From assembly GCF_009914755.1 (NCBI RefSeq), contig NC_060927.1: DNA of 64,000 nt; one strand, 5' to 3'. The notes beneath the pieces are model-generated. The model searched no databases. It saw nothing but the letters and a program-made list of their open reading frames with translations, and was not told the DNA's origin. A program made the position numbers and the translations under genes. This document shows positions 59,955 to 64,000 of the stretch, piece after piece. The first letter of the stretch is position 1; every line of letters begins with the position of its first letter. The DNA is from the human T2T-CHM13v2.0 reference genome, Homo sapiens.

Positions 59955-60400
59955 TGTATCAGTTCTCTATTACTACAATAATGTTGTGTAATAAAACAAT
60001 CACTGTATCTGAGTAGCATAGAATATACATTGATTCCTCACATATGTGCAGGTTAGCCAGTCAATTCATGCAGGACAGATTGAGTAGGAACAGCTCTGCT
60101 CCTCATGCATTGATCATAGGATTCAGGATCAAAGAGAAGCAACTACCCAGGAGAACCTTTCCTCTTGGTAGTGACAGAATGCAAGACAGTAAGCTAAAAC
60201 ACAGAAGGCCTCTTAAGACCTAAGTTTAAAAATGGCATGCTATCCTCCATCCACATTTCTTTGGCTAAAACAAGGCCCATAGTCAAGCCCAAAGTCAAGG
60301 ACAGAAGTAATACACTCTATCCACAATTAGTTCATGACAGTGGTGCAGATACAAGAGAGGGGGAAAAGAGAAGAATGAGAGTTAGTAATTTAATCTACCT
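59955..60400 (-). mobile_element. MLT1H/I-type MaLR LTR
   Basis: TGTATCAGTTCTCTATTACTAC...TTGGCTAAAACAAG...AAGCCCAAAGTCAAGG...TAATCTACC. Confidence 0.6.
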
Positions 60401-60414
60401 AAAAAGCTGAAGTT

Positions 60415-60706
60415 GGCCGGGCACGGTGGCTCACGCCTGTAATCCCAGCACTTTGGGAGGCCGAGGCGGGCGGATCACGAGGTCAGGAGATCGAGACCAT
60501 CCTGGCTAACACAGTGAAACCCCGTCTCTACTAAAAAACACAAAAAATTAGCCGGGCGTGGTGGCGGCGCCTGTAGTCCCAGCTGCGCGGGAGGCTGAGG
60601 CGGGAGAATGGCGGGAACCCGGGGGGCGGAGCTTGCAGTGAGCAGAGATGGCGCCACCGCCCTCCAGCCTGGGCGACAGAGCTCACTCCGTCTCAAAAAA
60701 AAAAAA
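60415..60706 (+). mobile_element. AluY with an unusually GC-shifted right arm
   Basis: Y diagnostics, most CpGs intact; TSD AAAAA(G/A)CTGAAGTT. Confidence 0.96.
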
Positions 60707-60736
60707 AAAAAACTGAAGTTAAGAGAGGTCATTTAA

Positions 60737-60900
60737 AGTCGGGCACAGTGGCTCTTGCCCGTAGTCCCAGCTACTCACGAGGCTGAAGCGAGGAGATTGT
60801 TTCAGCCAAGGAGTTCAAGGCAGCAGTGAGCTATGATCGTGCCACTATACTACAGACTGGGTGACAGAGTGAGACTCTGTCTCTAAAAGAAAAAAAAAAT
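60737..60900 (+). mobile_element. FRAM Alu monomer
   Basis: Single right arm with A tail; TSD AAGAGAGGTCATTTAA/AAGAGATGCCATTTAA. Confidence 0.85.
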
Positions 60901-63089
60901 AAGAGATGCCATTTAACTTTACAAGATCACCAAATTAGTTTTTCCTACAGCCAATACTTGACCCCATATTGCCGCTGACTCCAAAGTTTTTAAACACTTC
61001 ACTATGCTGTGATCAAGAATCCACAAAGAAGCCATTTTTGGTAACTTGGTAAATATTATACCCTCTTTTTTTGCAGTGAGTTTAGTACAAGAAATATAAC
61101 TAAATTAAAACACAATGCATCTATCACCTTGTTGAGTATGGGGATCTTACAGCTGCAAAGGATTTAATTAAAAGTTGATGATTTAATAGGCAGGTTCCAT
61201 CTATTGTGTACTCTGGAGGGTGAGATTCAATTTAAAATTGGGTTCCAAATTTCATTTTGGAACAGCATACTTGTCATCGGCTAGCAGAAAATATCCCAAA
61301 GGAAACAGACATGTCCCTGAATAGGGAGCACTGAATCAGACAGCCAAGAGCAGCTAAAAAGTTAAACAACAAATATTTTATGTACTTTGGTTCTGGTTCT
61401 AGGAAGTTCTAGGCATTCAGTTGTAGATATTTAATTGCAGGTTTTTTGCCCACTTTTCTCATGCCAATTGTTCTTAAAACATACATTTCTTTGGATAAAT
61501 ACGATTTTTGTATCTATTTTTTAAATAACACCATCATTCCTTGATGCAACAAAATACAAGTTAATAAATACTGCAAAGCTAAAAAATCCCCTGTAATTTT
61601 TAGTCAACTACAGGTTGAGAATGAGAAAGGAATACAGGATCATTACTTATGTTACAATCTCAAAGTACCACAAGGTTTGGGCCTTGACTTCATCTCAGAA
61701 ATGTTCTCACCTTTTAAAATGCTCTTTCTCTTAGCAATAACTATGTTATGTGGTAAGTGTCCTCTACTTTCGCATTTATTGTCTGCCTGAAATTGGTACA
61801 CATTTATGAAATCATTATTCTTGCTGTCTGATCTACAGGAAACTAGGGATCATTAACTACCCCTAGTAGCTGATTCTTGGCTTCCTTTCTTACCATGAAA
61901 TATCCTTAAATTGTAAAGGGTTTGAGTTTATAGATAGAAATTTGTCAATCTCTCCTTTCCAAAGAACAAAAATCACAATGTGTTGAATGAATATTAGTGT
62001 ATTTGTTTGTAGATGCACACTCTCATGCACCACTACATCCTCAAGTGTATATAATACATCTAGAGAATAACTACCAATATTTTAAAATTAGAACTTTGCC
62101 TTCCCTGTCATTCCATTTTTGGCAAGCATTTAAAATGTTGATTTTCTACAAACCTGAAGTGTGTTTGTTTTATTGCCAGAGAAATGTACAAGTTATATTA
62201 GAGGCAAAAGATTAAGATAGTGTCTTTTACAAATAGGCCAACGAGATTGCCATGCTGGGATAGGCTCATTTCCAAAGGCTGTGCCATCATTCATGATGGC
62301 TATAATCTGCCTGTGCTGACTGCCACCTATCACACTGCCAAGTGTTCCCTGGGCCAGATCATCACCACCAATGCTGAAAATCAAGTTTTAGTCTTCCTAA
62401 TTTCCAAATTTCCATAAGTAGTGTCAACATTTTAAAATCTCTCCAAATAAAGTGGTCTTGCATGTGTGAAATCACAGAGTCAGAAAGAGCTTTATGATGT
62501 TGCCTTCACAGAACCAGATGCAAATTAACATGGCATTGCTCTTAAAATGTAATGGTTGCTTCCAGTGCTGCGGCCTACAATTTGCGTCCCAGAATGGAAG
62601 CTTCAGGGGCCCCTACTGTGAACACCAGCCACATGTCAAAATAACTGAGGTGACCTTTCAAAGCCACCAATTTTGTTTTCTCTTAAAAAATAAAAAAAGG
62701 CTTTTCCTCATGCAGTATGACTAGTAGTCAAGCCAGGAGCTAATAAAAAAAAATCCTGGAAGAATATATAAATAGGAAACCAGAATTATAAATAGAATCA
62801 AATAATTCTGTATTCAAAATTTGCTTTTGCCACTTACAAGCTGTAGACCCATGGGCAGAGACTGTTAGTGTTTAGTTCCTTTTCTGTTAAATACGATATG
62901 AATTCTGGAGGTTAGCATTTATTGCACACTTACTATACTGACACATATGCAGAGTGATTTGTAGGTATTTTCTTATTTACTCCATTCAATGATTATAGAA
63001 TATTAATACTTTCCCCATTGTTTACAAAAATGGGCTTACAGAAGTTAAGCAAAAGCACAGGCAGAATTAAATAGTAAATGCATAGTATA

Positions 63090-63452
63090 GCATATGAGTC
63101 AGTTCTCACACTGCTATAAAGAACTACCTAAGACTGGGTAATTTATAAAGAGGTTTAATTGACTCACAGTTCCACATGGCTGGGGAGGCCTCAGGAAACT
63201 TACCATCATGGTAGAAGGCAAAAGGGGAGCAAAGCACATTCTCCCATGGCAAAGCAGGAGAGAGAGAGAGAAACGAGAAGTGCCACACACTTTTATACAA
63301 ACAGATCTCCTGAGAACTCACTCACTATCACAAAAATAGCAACTGGGAAGTCTGCCCTGATAATTCAATCACCTCCTACCAGGCCCCTCCCCTGACACAT
63401 GGGGATTATAATTTGACATGAGATTAGAGTGACACAGAGCCAAATCATATCC
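63090..63452 (-). mobile_element. THE1D/MSTA-type MaLR 3' LTR
   Basis: CACACTGCTATAAAGAACTACC...GACACAGAGCCAAATCATATC. Confidence 0.85.
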
Positions 63453-64000
63453 TTCCACCCCTAGCCCCTCCCAAATCTTATGTCTTTCTCACATTTCAAA
63501 ACCAATCATGCCTTCCCAACAGTCCACCAAAGTCTTAACTCCTCCCAACATTGACTCAAAAGTCCAAATCCAAAGTCACATCTGAGATAAGGCAAGTCCA
63601 TTCTGCCTATGAGCTGATAAAATAAAAAACAAGTTCGTTGCTTCCAAGATACAATGAGGGTACAGGTATTGCATAAATGGTCCCACTCCAAATGGGAGAA
63701 ATTGGCCTAAACATAAAGGCTACAGGCCCTACGCAAATCAGAAACCCAGCAGGGCAGTCAAATCTTAAAGGTCCAAAATAATCTCCTTTGACTCCATGTC
63801 TGACAACCAGGGCATGCTAATTCAAGAGGTGGACACCCAATGCCTTGGACTGCTCCACACCTGTGGCTCTGCAGGATAAAGCCCTGTTTTCACAGGCTGG
63901 TGTTGAGTGCCTGTGGCCTTCTAGGCACATGGTGCAAGCTGCCCATGGGTCTACCATTCTGGGGTCTGGAGGTCAGTGGCCCTCTTCCCACAGCTCTACT
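63453..64000 (-). mobile_element. THE1/MST internal sequence (runs off the window), with polypurine tract next to the LTR
   Basis: TTCCACCCCTAGCCCCTCCCAAAT (PPT reverse complement), CAAAGTCACATCTGAGATAAGGCAAGTCC. Confidence 0.88.

Noticed and set aside
62200-62724. Unique, moderately GC-rich stretch with short ORFs and an 8-bp hairpin (GCCATCAT-tc-ATGATGGC), possibly an exon or conserved element
   Set aside because: No recognisable protein similarity or convincing splice pair; conservation data would be needed.

Overview
Primate (very likely human or great-ape) genomic DNA, AT-rich and dominated by interspersed repeats. I find no supportable host protein-coding exon, structural RNA gene or CRISPR array, and the mixed repeat orientation fits an intergenic region. 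Main contents: (1) a near full-length, inactivated L1PA4-like LINE-1 (1589-7704, 15-bp TSD) whose 5' YY1 site is clipped and whose antisense ORF0 reads for 147 codons; (2) an L1PA7/8-like element lacking about 4.5 kb of its interior, whose tail runs into 1.65 kb of AT-rich repeat containing a 41-bp self-complementary minisatellite; (3) a dense set of solo LTRs (LTR9, MER52, LTR28, MER4B, MER21, MER50, LTR12F, MER31, MER34-like, MaLRs), several of them nested; (4) Alus from monomer to young AluY, and Tigger/hAT MITEs; (5) a processed RPL23A pseudogene. Many short fold-back and templated-insertion scars are also visible. I cannot support a wholly new biological system. The best leads are the long ORF0, the internally deleted L1 with its palindromic tail, the templated-insertion scars and a GC-skewed AluY. 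Subfamily names come from recalled consensus sequences and need RepeatMasker/Dfam confirmation.
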